A stretch of DNA of 64,000 bases from Balanoglossus misakiensis (lineage: Eukaryota > Animalia > Hemichordata), in contig CM082578.2 in the NCBI GenBank assembly GCA_040954595.2, forward strand, positions 6,929,519-6,993,518, read 5' to 3'. The position numbers and the translations under genes are program-made. Positions within the stretch are counted from its first letter, which is position 1, and each line of letters begins with the position of its first letter. Below, piece by piece: positions 48,613-61,586 of the stretch. A model generated the notes under the pieces. It did no database searches, was not told the DNA's origin, and saw only the letters and a list, made by a program, of their open reading frames with translations.

Positions 48613-50582
48613 TAAATACTCACCAGTACTGCTCACCCAGTCCAACTTAAATCCAGTCAGTTTTTAATCAATATAAACCGCTTCTGCGTTTGATTTTTAT
48701 GGGAATGGAGATCGATGTGATAACCCGTTGGAAAATGTAGGTAAATGTCTCAGACAGCTGGTGGTAGTTGTCTGAGAATAATACATGGATTACATGCGCT
48801 AACTGTATAACACTCGCGCAGTCACCATTCATGATGATAAAGTTTATCTAATATCCAAACATCTGAAATGAAGCATTTATCATGGAAAAGGTAATGAAGT
48901 ACATGTACATAACTATTTCCATGGATACCACTCATTCACAGTGGCAGCATTATAATTCAGACTCGTGTGTTTTTGGAGTACAACGAAAAAAAATTCTAGC
49001 TTATATAACACTGGTATAGCCACCAGCAGCAGAGGGACGTACTAAGGCTTCTCTAAATACACGTTCAGACAACAAACCTTGAGGTGTGCATGATGTGCAC
49101 GTGTAGTTTAGAACGTGAACACGTGCGAGTGCGTGTGAAGTCAGATCCGGCCACGGATGCATTCATGGAGGCATCACGCAGATAATAGACCGACTCTATA
49201 TAGGGCCTCGATCCCTTGTGGAGGGACATTGGTGTGTAGAGTGACCGTGATGGGCCTACAGTACACCCCGGCATTGATTGCGTGCTCATAAAGTCTCCCA
49301 TTGAAACTGTAAAACAAAATAAGAACCCATTGATCTGAGATTCCGAATATTGCACGCGGATGTCACACACACACGGGAAATGGTGCGACGAACGGAAACT
49401 CGATACCGGTCCATGCAGTCACGACACTTGGTTAAAAAACCGCAACCAGTTCGCACACCAACGCTAACACTGTAAAGATGTTTATCTGCATATCAATCGC
49501 TGGTAATTGAAAACTTCCTCCCATGCGCAGAACCATAAAGAAACACTGCGCCACCCTATTGTGTCCTCAAGGTTGTGTACAGCCCTTAAAATATTGACAT
49601 TGCGTCAGTGTGTAATGTGTCTGCATAGTTCCTTTATCGGGCTGCCTACTCGACTAATGGGCTCAATGGGCGATTTCTTTCCCGCCAAGTGTTCTACGTT
49701 AGCACAACATAATTTCAAATCACCGGCGCATGAATAAATATTTGTACCCCCCCCCCCCCCCGTGTGGTTTCTGATAATTTCCGGAGCATTTAGGGATTTT
49801 CGGTTGGAGGTCACTTTGGTTTGGAATGATACTTATTGTAATGTGATTAATTTTTACTAAAAAGTGTATTTTCTTTTGCGAAGAAGCATTTATACGTAAT
49901 GCAAACGTTTATCTTGTAGGCCGAGTCGTCAAGTTTATGGTAAAATTGTCGATAAAATTCGGAAAACGTTTCTCTCGTATCGTCTTCTAAAATGGAGAGA
50001 TGGGGTGCTCGGGAGTTTGGGCGGGAAAACAACAATGACGACAATCTATTTTGCTTTCGTGTGGCATAACAAATTTTAGGACCTGGTCACAATGAACAAT
50101 TTCTCCTTAAAGCGTACAGGCCCCGAGGAGGCGCATTTTTTGTTGGTGTTCTATAGCGTGGCTCCAAAGGCGTAAACGATGGCGCGAGTTTGGCATATTT
50201 CCAGGTATTTCTGTTGATTGGGTCTCGCCATTACAGTATGGTCCACTGCAGAAACTTTCACTGTGATAGAGGTTGCCAACCAACTCAAGCTGTCCAAAAT
50301 TGATCATGACCGGCCAGGTGAAACCGTCCCCTGTCAGAGAACATCTGACTGACACGCGTGCATGTGCGTTGTATGTAACCCCCTCGGCGGCTGATGATTT
50401 ATAGGCCTACCGATTGGAGAAGTGACTTTTGCGTCATCTGAAACGATTTATTTGCACAGTGGCACACCTTCCCTATCAAGCTCAAAAGCACATATCCGTA
50501 TACCGTTGTTGTGCAAGATATTTGTACATCTGGGATATTATTCTAGAGTCTATAGTCGGTCGAGCTGTCACTGAACGCCAAG

Positions 50583-50766
<184 letters not shown>

Positions 50767-50847
50767 TTCGGTGATGATGATCAGGATTTTAGCTTACGAA
50801 TGAAGAGTCCATTTCCTGTTTATTATGCTTCATTAGGACTTGCGTAA

Positions 50848-51638
50848 GGCTGCATTCACAAACACCTCTGGAGGGGGGGGGCGGGAGAATTCAATTTTTT
50901 TTACCGCTAATTTTCACATGCCCCCCTTCCGAACTGCCAATATTTTCAAATCCCCCCCTTCCGAACTGCCAAAATTTTGAAATCCCCCCCCCCCCATTTT
51001 CTTTCACAGAGCAAAACACATCACCTATCTATCTTGTAAAAAGAAAAACAGCGCTCCCATGAAAAGAATTTGAAACTGATGTTTCCCCTCATCAGTGGGT
51101 ATTAAGACTGAAAATTGTTTTATATTTGTAATTCTGTGTTGGGAGACATTGTAAACCGAGAATTGAAGGGGGTGGGTTTGGGAGGGGGTGTCCCCCTCCC
51201 ACGTAAGAAAATTTTCTAAAATACAGAGCTCAAAGCTGCATTTTAATGAACCCGGCAAAACCAAATTAACTCAACTACCGGTATGTTGGGGAAGACAAAT
51301 TTAACCGTCGCCGCTCAAAGTTATTATGGGGTGGGGCAAGTCCCCTGACCTGGGACACTAGATAAACCAGTCAATGATTGAAAGGTGTTGATGAATGGAG
51401 GGGGTGGGTGTGGGAGGGGGTGTCCCCCTCCCACATTAGAAAATTTTGTAAAATAAAGGGCACGAAACTGCATTTTTGTGGACTCCAAATAAATATTTTG
51501 TCGTTAAAGTTTTCAAGTCCCCCCCTTTCAGTCCCTAAATTATTTCAAATCCCCCCCCTTACATACCCTCAATTTTTTCAAATCCCCCCCCCTCAATTCT
51601 CCTGCCCCCCCCCTCCAGAGGTGTTTGTGAATGCAGCC
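50848..51638 (-). mobile_element. MITE family A, longer copy, inverted relative to 4787-5439
   Basis: Same TIR GGCTGCATTCACAAACACCTCTGGAGG and TAA flanks; carries about 140 bp of internal sequence (about 51050-51190) absent from the first copy. Confidence 0.9.
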
Positions 51639-52913
51639 TAAGTGTTGGCATGTAAGCTCGAGGGGAAAATTCCAGTGTCGGCGGCTGATTAGTTATTTAT
51701 TTGTTCAATAAAGCCAACTAGTGCTGTTTTCGTAGTATTTTGGGAGCAACAATTTGTAATGAATTATATTACATGATGCTTTAAACTAGAAATCTGACAA
51801 CAATGATTCACGCAATTCTGTGAATGTCTAATAATGACGTGTGTATTATAGTAATCATCCTTACAATCGATGCCGGTACTGTGACGTAAGCATGCCATGG
51901 GAAGTTCGTTGGGATATACACTCCAGATGTTCAAAGACAGACAGACAGACAGATTGACAGACAGACAGACAGACGGACGGACAGAAACGGTGTATTTCTT
52001 TGTGGAAAGTTTCGTTGAAAATCTAATATTGTCCTGGAGGGAGATCAACTGGGAAGGTGCCATGCCTCTTTATCTCCAGTTCCCAGAATTCACGCATCCA
52101 CAAATCCACAATCGTGATGGAAAGACTCTGTGACGCGGTGCAGAAACGTGAGAGATTTCAGCAGAAACGCACCTGCGTGAATGCGCACTGTGGAAGCAAT
52201 GCCATAGCAACAGGTCAAGGAGATCGGAAGTTTTGTGTTTGCCCACGGCCGGCTGTATAGGATCTACAGTTCCTCATTTGTCCTCGACATACAAATAAAG
52301 GCCGCTGCCAGCTGAGCGTTTCACGTTCAATTTTACCCCCAACAACCCCCGTGACACATACACACATGATTATTGATTTATGTCTGAGGGGACGATTCAT
52401 TCCGTCCGAGTCGTAAACAAGCGCATTGTCAGTTTTAATTGCCAACATACGTCACCGGTCAACACAATAAACAATTTCGGCTGGCTTCACCACGGCGCTG
52501 AACTTGAACTTCATTAATCATTAATGAGGACATCTGTTGATTGCATGTGTTCAGAGCGTGTACTTGTGCATGGACAGTCTATTGTGCGGCCTCCCTTTTC
52601 ATGGCGGAAAGAATAACATCCGTGGGAACTGACTTCGGGATTTACATAAAAAGACGTAAAAGTAAAACTTGTGAATAGATTTGCGTCAACGGATTTATGC
52701 AGTCCAGTTACATCAACGCAAATAACACCTCTATGCAAATTAATCCTGATAGCACCGGGGGGAAAAGAGAGCGAGAGAGAGAGTCTTGGAGATTTTAATT
52801 GGCCTAATGGCTTTAAATTTCGCGGAGATGTTCTCGGAAAAGGAAAATCACTTTCTACTGGTAACATGAGATGATGGCAGTGCAACATAACGTATGTCTC
52901 GTACTAAATAGAA

Positions 52914-53068
<155 letters not shown>

Positions 53069-54253
53069 ATTCTTTCAATAAACCATATGATGTTGAAAGC
53101 ACATGAATCGGGATTGTTTTTGCCCGAGGAATACGTGTATCTTGTTGTTTCTGTCATACAGCCACGAAAACTCCGACATTGTATGCACATAGGCATGTGT
53201 GAATCGTTCTCGCGGCAAACATACATGCACCCTTCGGCGCCCAAAATACCAGCCTCGACGAACATGTCCAACGCAAGAGCCAACGGGCCAAGAATGTTGC
53301 GCAAGTCCCATCTTGAAACAAAACTGAAACAAAAGAAATGTGATTTCAAAATTCATACCACACCCGTTAAAGTTTATACGACACGTTGTAGGCTTTTGTC
53401 ACGAGTCCAATTAAGTAATCAGACGACACAACACATCGTTGGCACGTAATTGCGCCACCTGACAATAGCGTAAATGACCACGACAGATAGTAAAGACAAC
53501 AGCGGACGACCTTGGAAGAATAACCCTTTTCTCCCGTTTTGACGACGTATTGTTTGACAACGACTGTCCATTTCGAAGACCATTAAAGACACTCTTCATC
53601 ACTCAGCTCTAAAGACAAGCGCAATCATTCCTTGCAACAGGAAAGAATATAATGCTTCAGTTTTCTGCTTGACTTTTCAATGCAAAACTAGTCCGACTGC
53701 TTTGGAACACATAGTTTGAAAAGAAAGACTCGTTCTCTTCTGATATTACGGTGGGACAGAAACACAATATCGACTGGAATAGGGACAACATGTTACTCAT
53801 TTTGTATAATCGCGTGAAGATCAGAAGCCCACAAAATATCAATAAGTCGTTTCTCACGTGAAATACAAATAAAGTCTGAGCAAAAACCAAAAGAAGAATT
53901 TGAGACTGGTCTCAATGTTTGAAACTGCCGCGCTTTTCCTAACTCCTCTTTGCCTTTGACTTCGCTGTGCAGCCTGTCAGCTATATTGATCGACCTCCAT
54001 TAGACTGGAACAAGTCAATGTCATCATGCGTCAATGTGGCATAAGACGATAAATGCAATTGATGATCGATAAATCGATCACGTAAAGATGGGTCATGGTG
54101 TCACACACCTGTTATGTGTTCTGACGGACCGTCGTCCGCGCATGTGCCCGCCGTTCAAGGCTTTCAAAAAGTCGAAAGTGTGTTACGCGAAATTCAGCAG
54201 TTTCTAACAATGAAAACGGCCGCGGGGTACTCTCTCGTCTGACGTCTTCTTTC

Positions 54254-54310
54254 TTGTTTGTTTGTTTGTTTGTTTGTTTGTTTGTTTGCTTGCCTGCTTG
54301 CTTGTTTGTG
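54254..54310. repeat. (TTTG)n/(CTTG)n microsatellite
   Basis: Directly visible. Confidence 0.9.
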
Positions 54311-55782
54311 AATACACCGTGCTAAAATATTCCCCTCGTGAACACAGGCACTATGCATACTACATGCATGTCAGACTCGGGCGATAAACCACAGACAAGA
54401 TTTTTTCCGTGGATAAAGTTACTACCCCGATTTCATCATGGCTCGTGTAAAATCAAATGAAGATAACCCAGTAAAAAATAATAGGTCTAAAACTTACAAC
54501 CCTGATTAGAAAGTTAAAAAAAGAAGGTTAGACACCAGGAGAGGGGTACTCCCTCCTTACCCCTCCCAGCTACTGAAGACACAGTGCCGCGATAATGTAC
54601 AGACCGACCAAACCAAGCCGTGTGTGTTTATCCACGGTTGGTGATATGTCTGTGACTGATACTGAAACTTTCAAGGACCACTACTCTATACACGATCATG
54701 ATACCGCTCGTCTGCTCGAGGCTTCCTCGGCAGACCATCTACCAATCTATACCTCTGGCAATGCAATTACCGTAGTATATACTAGTATACAATGGAAATT
54801 TAGCTTCCCGGTGTCATCGCTTTAAAAAAAAAATCAGTCTGATCTGGACTAGACAATTTGTGATCAGACCAGACAATATGTGATCCAATCTTCTATGACA
54901 CTCCCACGCATTTCATCACAAGCGCGTTTTAACTTGATATGATCATGGACGTCCATGATATGATGTAATGCGCGGAGAAAGGGACGTCGTTTCTAATGGG
55001 TTGCGAGGAAGAAAGAAAAACACGTTATTAATTTGGGCATGAACTTGTTGAATGAGTAATTGAACAGCGAGTGTTAATCGCCATAGACACAATTAGCACT
55101 GCGTGTTTCGACAAGTGCGCATCGAATCTTCGTCATTGATGGCTTAAGCTGGAGACGGTTGACTATTAAAAGGCCCTTCGTTACCTTGTCGAATCAACAA
55201 GAATCTGTCGTTCGTGATTTTTTAAGCAGGGCGCGTTCTTTTTGGCGGCTGACCAAATTGCGTGACTTCCAACTTCGCAGCCCATTTTTTCCCTTTCTCC
55301 GCCTTTGACGTTCTAATAATAGGCCCGACAGCCATCTTCCCCTTTCACGTCTGTCCTTGTGCGGATAAAACGCGCAAACAAACACAAATAAACCCTGTTT
55401 ACAATCTGTCTGGAAATCAAGGATATCTCAACAAAGTCACGTCCTCGGTAAACGTCATGGTGTCGGTGATATTTATCATTTTGAGGTCAAATCTGATATG
55501 TTCTGGAATGGCGTTATCCTCGCCCGTCTTGAGTCGCGCAACCTTCTTGGGATAACATCTTGCAAGAAGGAGACTTCTGAGATAAACATCGCTATTCGAG
55601 TATATGACTGTTTCACCCGTGGGCCAGCATCTTTAGCAACAGCGACAAAATGGCGAATATTTGGAAAGGGCTGTGTGCTATAAAAATGGATTACTTTGGG
55701 CCTAGTTTCTGGTTTTATTATTTGATAACGAGTTTGCGCATTTAAGAACAACGCTACTTGCGTTTGAAAAACCTCCCTGTTA

Positions 55783-55944
55783 AAGGTATGGTTGTCATCT
55801 ATGGAAATTTAGCCACATTTACCATGGTAAATTGAGATCGAGCCAATCACAGATTTTCAGTGGGTGGCACGATATGTTCTTATTGAACACTCAAATTCGC
55901 CATTTCAGCCATATAAGGGCGTTTGTAGGTGACCGCGTATATCT
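55783..55944 (-). mobile_element. MITE family C copy
   Basis: ttaaaggtatgg...gtatatctttaa; interior is the reverse complement of 25100-25279 (gagccaatcaca..ttttcagtgggtggcac, ccatttcagcca). Confidence 0.7.
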
Positions 55945-56133
55945 TTAAATTTACCTCAACGAGCGTCCACAGGTGTTCATTCAAGTCGTTGCATGACGCA
56001 CGCCAACACTGCAGATGACAAAGAACGACAGTGGTCGTGGCCAGTTTTGAATCTCAACTTTCTATTTTTAGCAGTAGTCGTACAAACAACACCCACTTTT
56101 ACACTGGCGAACGGCGTACTTCAGTATCAACTG

Positions 56134-56214
56134 TAGCCCGGAGACACAGGCGTTATGTAGGGGAAAAGATGTATGTATTCTAGATTCTAGATCAACGCCT
56201 GTGTCTCCGGGCTA
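56134..56214. mobile_element. 81-bp MITE with 21-bp perfect TIR and 9-bp TSD
   Basis: TATCAACTG|TAGCCCGGAGACACAGGCGTT ... AACGCCTGTGTCTCCGGGCTA|TATCAACTG. Confidence 0.88.
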
Positions 56215-56278
56215 TATCAACTGCAATTCCCTTGACCGATACATAGATATTACATACATGTACATAGATACATGGGCC

Positions 56279-56431
56279 TACATACATACATACATACATA
56301 CATACATACATACATACATACATACATACATACATACATACATACATACATACATACATACATACATACATACATACATACATACATACATACATACATA
56401 CATACATACATACATACATACATACATACAT
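56279..56431. repeat. (TACA)n microsatellite
   Basis: Directly visible. Confidence 0.97.
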
Positions 56432-56776
56432 GAACAAATACAATTTGATGCTTAGGTCATCGTGACGTCACTATGTCACGGTAATCCGATGACTGTTTGT
56501 ATATTGCAAATTGTATTACTCTACAGTTAACAAGTATAAATACACTTTTCAAAGACCACCACTGAAGTTTCAGCCTCTGTAGGATAGTATGTCACAAACA
56601 ATATGTCCACTTTCCGGCCATTTTCTGTTAGAACCGGTTTATTCACGTTTATGAACATTAAACGCATGTGGAAGTTGCGCAAACATTTATCACTGGTGCC
56701 AATTGCTTTCCGGCCTAAATGTGACAACCTAATACTCAATTAAATTTGTCATTAAGAGCGCTATCAAAATAAACTC

Positions 56777-56950
56777 TATAGTATAGTATAGTATAGTATA
56801 GTATAGTATAGTATAGTATAGTATAGTATAGTATAGTATAGTATAGTATAGTATACATAGTATACATAGTATACATAGTATACATAGTATAGTATAGTAT
56901 AGTATAGTATAGTATAGTATAGTATAGTATAGTATAGTATAGTATAGTAT
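56777..56950. repeat. (TATAG)n pentanucleotide array with a central 9-bp variant (TATACATAG)
   Basis: Directly visible. Confidence 0.95.
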
Positions 56951-59239
56951 TTGTCGCACAAAAAACCGACTCACTTTGTAATTAGAATGCGTAATGCTCC
57001 GGAAAACCTCGCATTTGAGTTTGAAATGGAGTCGGTGTGTGTTTGGTTTTTGGTCGTGTACTGTTTCCTCTGTCCGGAATTGTCTGCCCACGCGCCCCTT
57101 TTCTTTGGGGAAATCAACTTGATGTCAGACCGGACAAGGCGGCTAGGCAGTTGGCTGGAAGCCACCGACATCCACCGCTTCACTTCAAATCTCACTGAGC
57201 CACTTCCTCGCCAGGCTTATTTTAGAAGCATTTTATTCCCAATTCAAACACACACGTTGGTCTCCATGGCGAGTAGTGGGTGACAAAGAATCTCTTGGCC
57301 GTAAACATGTCGCAACTGTCAAAACTAATTGCCCCATTCTGATTTATTCGTCGGCTCGTGTTCGGTTATTAAGGTCTTGCGAGAGAAAAAAAGTCTGCGT
57401 GTTGGACTACAAACGGAAATGAGCGTGGCCCTAAGAAGAGCAATATCAAGTTCAAAGTCAGATATCACCTTTACCCCTGCTGAGTTTAGCCGACCACCCA
57501 AACAAGGCAATTATAAGGAAAGACCATGCTAATATTTGAATTTGGGTGAATTATAACAAGTTTTAATTTCTAATTGCTTATTTCTTTCATATATTTAACT
57601 AATAACACACTTTAGCCTGCACGAGGTACAGTGATATCTGACCATAATATTGATGATACCGCACGTGACACAAGTGAAACAAACGTACAGGCTGGACTTT
57701 GACTGTGTGAGTGTTCTGTCCGTCACGCTTCGTCACCGGATCGAGTCTGTTCGGTGAATGTCGAGTTTTGCCATATAAGGATGTGCGTGCCATATATGGA
57801 CGTGTCAGTCGCATTAAGTGGGAGTAGCTGGCGCTGCAGTTAGGAACGTAACAGGTGCGAAAATGATTAAAAATCATGATCTGCGAATTGTCATCGCTTG
57901 CAAAAGTGTCACTTGTCTTGTGGCAAGGTTACTAAATATGGACTGATATTGTACCTTGTCGAACAAGCGAGCAAACAATCAAATAAACGGCTAAGAGTTC
58001 GGGAGTGGTCTGGCATTTGGGGTGCAGCTATACATAAATCGGTATTGAAAAGAGAAAGTGGAATATATAGTCTATCATCTTTAAACTTCTATGACAACTG
58101 GGCGAATTCTTCGTCATCACTACCCACCGACGTCAGTGTGTGGGATGGTCTTCAATCAAACAATATCGTCAAAGATGATTTGAAGAAGATTGAAATGACA
58201 TGTCAGTGCCAAAAGCAGTATTCGAACTTCAATAACCCCCGCAATAACCCCACTCGCCACCATGTGTCCCGGTCATGTGTAAGGTTGTATTCCCGGCCCA
58301 GCTACGAAGACGTGACAGCGAACGACCGCAGTGTTACGAGCACAAACCCAGCCGTTGCTGTTGCATTATTTTTAGTTTGCATTAGGCCTAAAAGTGTAAG
58401 ATCTGTAAGAACACAAGACAACCTGGAAACGAATATACCAGGCGCGGAATGCTAATTTATCGCGCAGGGGGCAGGCCTATGCGAAAATATATACAAGTAA
58501 TTCATGAAATTGTATAATGATTCGGCGTGGAATGATTACTTGTATTTTTGCATTTATTATTTTTTAATATAGTGAACTGGTGCGTGGTGATGGTGGCAAT
58601 AACTGGTGGTCGTACATTTAAATATATGATTGAAAATGGTTTTTGATAAGGTCTATATAGAGAATTGGGTAATGTTGACACTAAAATAGACACATAATAA
58701 ATGCGCAGATATTTCTCTGGTGTGCTATCACCTCCCTAATACCCACGCACTTAAATATATCAAATTTTCACGATAACCCGACCCAGTTCAACTACCAGTG
58801 TGAGCGCCCTTTCCTTTCAAGATCAGAGCGCGCACGCCAGTTAGGCCTAGAGTGACTTGGCGCGCTGTCTACGTCATTCACTGAGATGTACCATGCCTTT
58901 ACACACTCGATCGAGGCCTTCTGTGGCCATGTGGTCACCCGAAGTTAGTTGCGATGACAAGACGCGATTATGTCTGTCTGCCGTTCTACTTGAGAGACCA
59001 CCAATTGTGATCAGGTGTTACCGCCGGCCTCGGCCATTTCGCCGTTTTCCCGAAAATAAACGTTAAAAAACACCAAGAGTGTGACTGTCAGCATTGGCCG
59101 TCACAAGACGAATCCGCTCAAGAAACCCTCCTTCGGGTTATTATCATGAAAATGAGCGACCAAACATCACTCGCGACGATGGTTTTGTATTGTGTTGTGT
59201 TAAAACGGGGACTACTGATAATGGTTAATAAGCAAAGGA

Positions 59240-59480
59240 CCTTGTGTTTGTGTTTGTATAGGCTTGCTTGAATAAACGTCGGCCGGAAATGCCAACGCCG
59301 CGGGGGTCATCGATTGAAAAACCACAAGACGTTGTAGGCGGAGCGTTCTCTCAGTAATATAATACCCATGATAATTTAGCAGAACGGTTACTATGGCCAC
59401 CATAATTTAATCAGTGATGTCAAAGATCTCCTCGCCGCTGATTGGATAAGGAAATACGATTGATCAGTTTAGGGCTTCTA
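59240..59480 (+). promoter_or_regulatory. Putative DUSP6/7 proximal promoter
   Basis: CpG-rich; ETS cores CCGGAAAT (59283) and AGGAAAT (59449); inverted CCAAT box CTGATTGG (59438). TSS not determined. Confidence 0.4.
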
Positions 59481-59869
59481 TTTTGTTGCTCGATGAACAC
59501 ACGATTTCTTGTCTGTCAACGTGCTGCAAGGAGGAAGAAAATCAGTGCGCGCCTCTGATTTGCCGAGTTGTTTTCAAACGAACTTCTCACGTTACGTGTG
59601 ATGTCGAAGGCGATTCAGTCACAGCAGTCAACGTTTTGAGTCGAGCGAGACGTGAGGAACGCCGTCGAGTAAGGTTTTGCGAATTAATCCGTGTACGATC
59701 GTAAAGCTGACAATTTTGACGTTACGTCTGTTGAGGATATATTTTTTGATGGAACGCGATCTTGCCGCTGATCTGCCCTCTATCTCAAACCTCGACGTCG
59801 CGTCGTGTGTGTCTTGTTGACGCGCTCGCTGCACTGACACGAGCGCCGTGTACCGAACTGATCCTCTGG

Positions 59870-61586
59870 ATGCTTGAGAAACGCCGCGAAGAAATGACAT
59901 TTGACGAAACTATGGCACAAGGCAAAGGAACCGAGTGGCTACAGGAGCAGCTGACAACGAACGATCATCTTGTTTTGCTGGACTGTCGGGCGAGCAGAGA
60001 CTTCAACCAGTCGCACATTGAAGGGGCCATCAACGTGACCGTGCCGAGTCTTCTGCTCCGACGCCTGAAAAAGGGGCACGGGGTCTCCTTCAAAACTTTG
60101 ATATCGAGCGAGCAGGGCAAGGAGAAATTTGTGAAAAAGTCCCAAGTCGGAACCGTCGTCCTTTACGACGACCACACGTCGAATTTGAACGAGAACGCCG
60201 ACAGTGTATTGTGCGTGCTCCTGAGGAAACTGCTAGAAGATGGCTGTCATGTGTGTTACTTGCAAGGTACGTACGACCATTCATTATGTTTTGGTGTGTG
60301 AAGTGTGTGTGTCAGAGAAGGGCCGCATTCCTTCACATTTGGGATCTTCGGTTGAACTGACCGTTGTGTTGCTGTTGACACGAAGGATTTTGAGATTTTT
60401 TTGGGTCTGGTTTGGACGATGACAGTTCGAGAAGACGTCAATGTTACGCTAAGTTATACATCTTCGATGTAGACTAGCAGTGGGAAGGGGGCGGAGTTTA
60501 CTCGTGTAAAGAAACCAAAATGGCGAAAGGATGGGGCCTACATGCATTTCTTGATTTTAATTTTCGAAACACGCACGCACGTACCGCGCGTTATCAGCTA
60601 GAGCCGGCGGAAACACACATGTTTGTTTTCCTATCATATTTTTTTTTCGGTTTATCAATGTGGCCCAAACACCTCGACCGGGGATATTATGAATCGGCAA
60701 ATTCCCGATTTGATCTGTGAAAATATAAAGTCGGATGGTCCAATGTTTTTTTTTTTACCCTCGAGTTAATACAACACCCCCATTAATAACATAAATAACA
60801 GTGATCCACACAATTATCGTTTTATGAAAGCAATTAATGTTATATCCGTGGAACATTTATTTCCACCGAGACGTATCGATGAGGACATTGAAATCGACAC
60901 CAAAACATCTGGCTGGTCGCATTCAAGAGGAAATTCAGAAAAATAACATCGATTTTTTCTCCTGATAAAACTAGACCCAAACAGAGACAACTCTGCGATT
61001 GGGAGGATGTTTTCCTCCCAAACCACATTAGCGCGAATATTGATCGATCCTCTCAAAGACGGTACAGCATCATGGGGCAAAATCGAATATCTTAATGTAA
61101 TCACATGTAGCGGCAACCAAGTCGAAAGAAGTTTTTCCCCCTAAAATATAAATTTGATTCCACTTCTCTGTATTAAAATATAATTTAATGTACTTGTTAT
61201 CTGTCTGTCTCCAGGAGGGTTTTCAACGTTTCGCAAACTGTACCCTGACCACTGCGAGAGCCGCGACGGAGACGAGAGTAGACTCATCTTCGGCATGGAA
61301 GGACTCAATATTAACTCGAACGAGCCGAACGAAATCAACGCGGAGACACCCTTGGACAATACGTTCCCGGTGGAAATTCTGCCGTACCTGTTTCTTGGCT
61401 CGGCGCAGGACTCCAAGAATATGGACATGTTGTCAAAGCACGGTATAAAGTACATTTTGAACGTTACGCCGAACATCCCCAATTGCTTTGAGAGCGAGGG
61501 CGACTTCAAGTACATGCAGATACCCATCAGCGACCACTGGAGTCAAAACCTCTCAGTTTTCTTTCCAGAAGCCATCGGTTTTATCG
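59870..61586 (+). CDS. DUSP6/7: Dual-specificity MAPK phosphatase of the DUSP6/7/9 (MKP3) group; 3'-partial
   Basis: Exon 59870-60266 (start ATG uncertain; 59895 or 59912 also possible): rhodanese domain [23 protein letters not shown] (KIM), VVLYD, YLQG. Exon 61215-61586: [70 protein letters not shown]. The catalytic VHCxxGxSRS exon was not found inside the window. Confidence 0.95.

Noticed and set aside
51070-51100. CTGATGA...GAAAC on the minus strand resembling a hammerhead ribozyme core
   Set aside because: No room for stem II and no complementary stems I/III.
57898-58455. 185-aa ORF upstream of the DUSP, and intronic ORFs at 62518-63717
   Set aside because: No domain signal or convincing start/splice context; no DUSP catalytic motif in the downstream ORFs.
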